A stretch of DNA of 64,000 bases, from contig OZ244197.1 in assembly GCA_965216785.1 (NCBI GenBank), positions 1,568,001 through 1,632,000 on the forward strand. Reading direction: 5' to 3'. Each line of letters opens with the position of its first letter. Position 1 is the first letter of the stretch. The notes beneath the pieces are model-generated. The model was not told the origin of the DNA. It made no database searches and saw nothing but the letters and a program-made list of their open reading frames with translations. The DNA comes from Thermodesulfobacteriota bacterium. GTDB taxonomy: Bacteria; Desulfobacterota_D; UBA1144; Nemesobacterales; UBA2774. Positions 63,430 through 64,000 of this stretch are shown piece by piece. The translations under genes and the position numbers were made by a program.

Positions 63430-64000
63430 ATGACCGCGATACCGGAGCTGGAGTTGGAAACTAAAGAGAAGATTCTCATAGTAGACGATGAAGAGGCGAT
63501 ACGAAACCTCTTTGTGGAGACGCTTACAGAGCTTGGCTACAGGTGCGAAGTTGCGGAGAACGGGCTTGAATGTCTGGTTAAGTATTATGAGTCTAGCGAC
63601 TATGACGTAGTGCTTCTGGATGTACAGATGCCTGAGCTTGGGGGCATAGAGACTCTTAAGAAGCTTAAATCCTACGCTCCTGACCTATCTATTATCATAG
63701 TATCCGCTTCACGCGATATAGATAACGTAAGGACCGCTCTAAAGGAAGGAGCTTACGACTACATATTCAAGCCCTTTAACATTAATGACGTCCAGGCAGT
63801 AATAAGACGTGCGGTAGAAAGAGCTCAGCTTATTAAAGAGAATAAGGACTATCAGAATAACCTTGAGAAGAAGGTAGAAAATCAGACACAGGAATTGGTA
63901 AAGCTATACTCTGGCACGCTACAGGCTATGATTCTTGCCCTCGATCTCAGGGAGAGTGAGACCGGTTATCATTCCTACCGTGTTACGGAGTACGCTCTGA
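63430..64000 (+). CDS. Response regulator with HD-GYP output domain (3' truncated by window edge)
   Basis: KILIVDDE, LLDVQMP, GAYDYIFKPF, ALDLRESETGYHSYRV. Confidence 0.9.
   Translation, partial: MTAIPELELETKEKILIVDDEEAIRNLFVETLTELGYRCEVAENGLECLVKYYESSDYDVVLLDVQMPELGGIETLKKLKSYAPDLSIIIVSASRDIDNVRTALKEGAYDYIFKPFNINDVQAVIRRAVERAQLIKENKDYQNNLEKKVENQTQELVKLYSGTLQAMILALDLRESETGYHSYRVTEYAL

Overview
Bacterial chromosomal window. Gene order and the many IPTL-CTERM proteins suggest Desulfobacterota-like/Dadabacteria (inference only). The housekeeping backbone holds atpAGDC, ffh-rpsP-khpA-rimM-trmD-rplS, archease-rtcB-serS, rpsB-tsf-pyrH-frr, lipid genes, rsmI, gatCA, gshB, nfi, iorAB and carA. A ~19.9 kb integrative element (30983-50899) sits in tRNA-Ser(TGA) and unusually duplicates the 5' half of the tRNA. 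It carries a tyrosine integrase with arm-type sites, an Xis-like protein, an AEP primase-ATPase with candidate iterons, an HTH protein and an SRA-HNH nuclease. Its ~12 kb cargo region is an array of IPTL-CTERM surface-protein genes and other genes, punctuated by several families of repeated non-coding motifs: UUCG hairpins, IS3-like solo ends, res-like direct repeats and a tRNA-Thr att remnant. This looks like a cassette-type reservoir for surface proteins and is the best candidate for an undescribed system. rpsB shows a frameshift plus a large in-frame deletion (possible assembly artefact).
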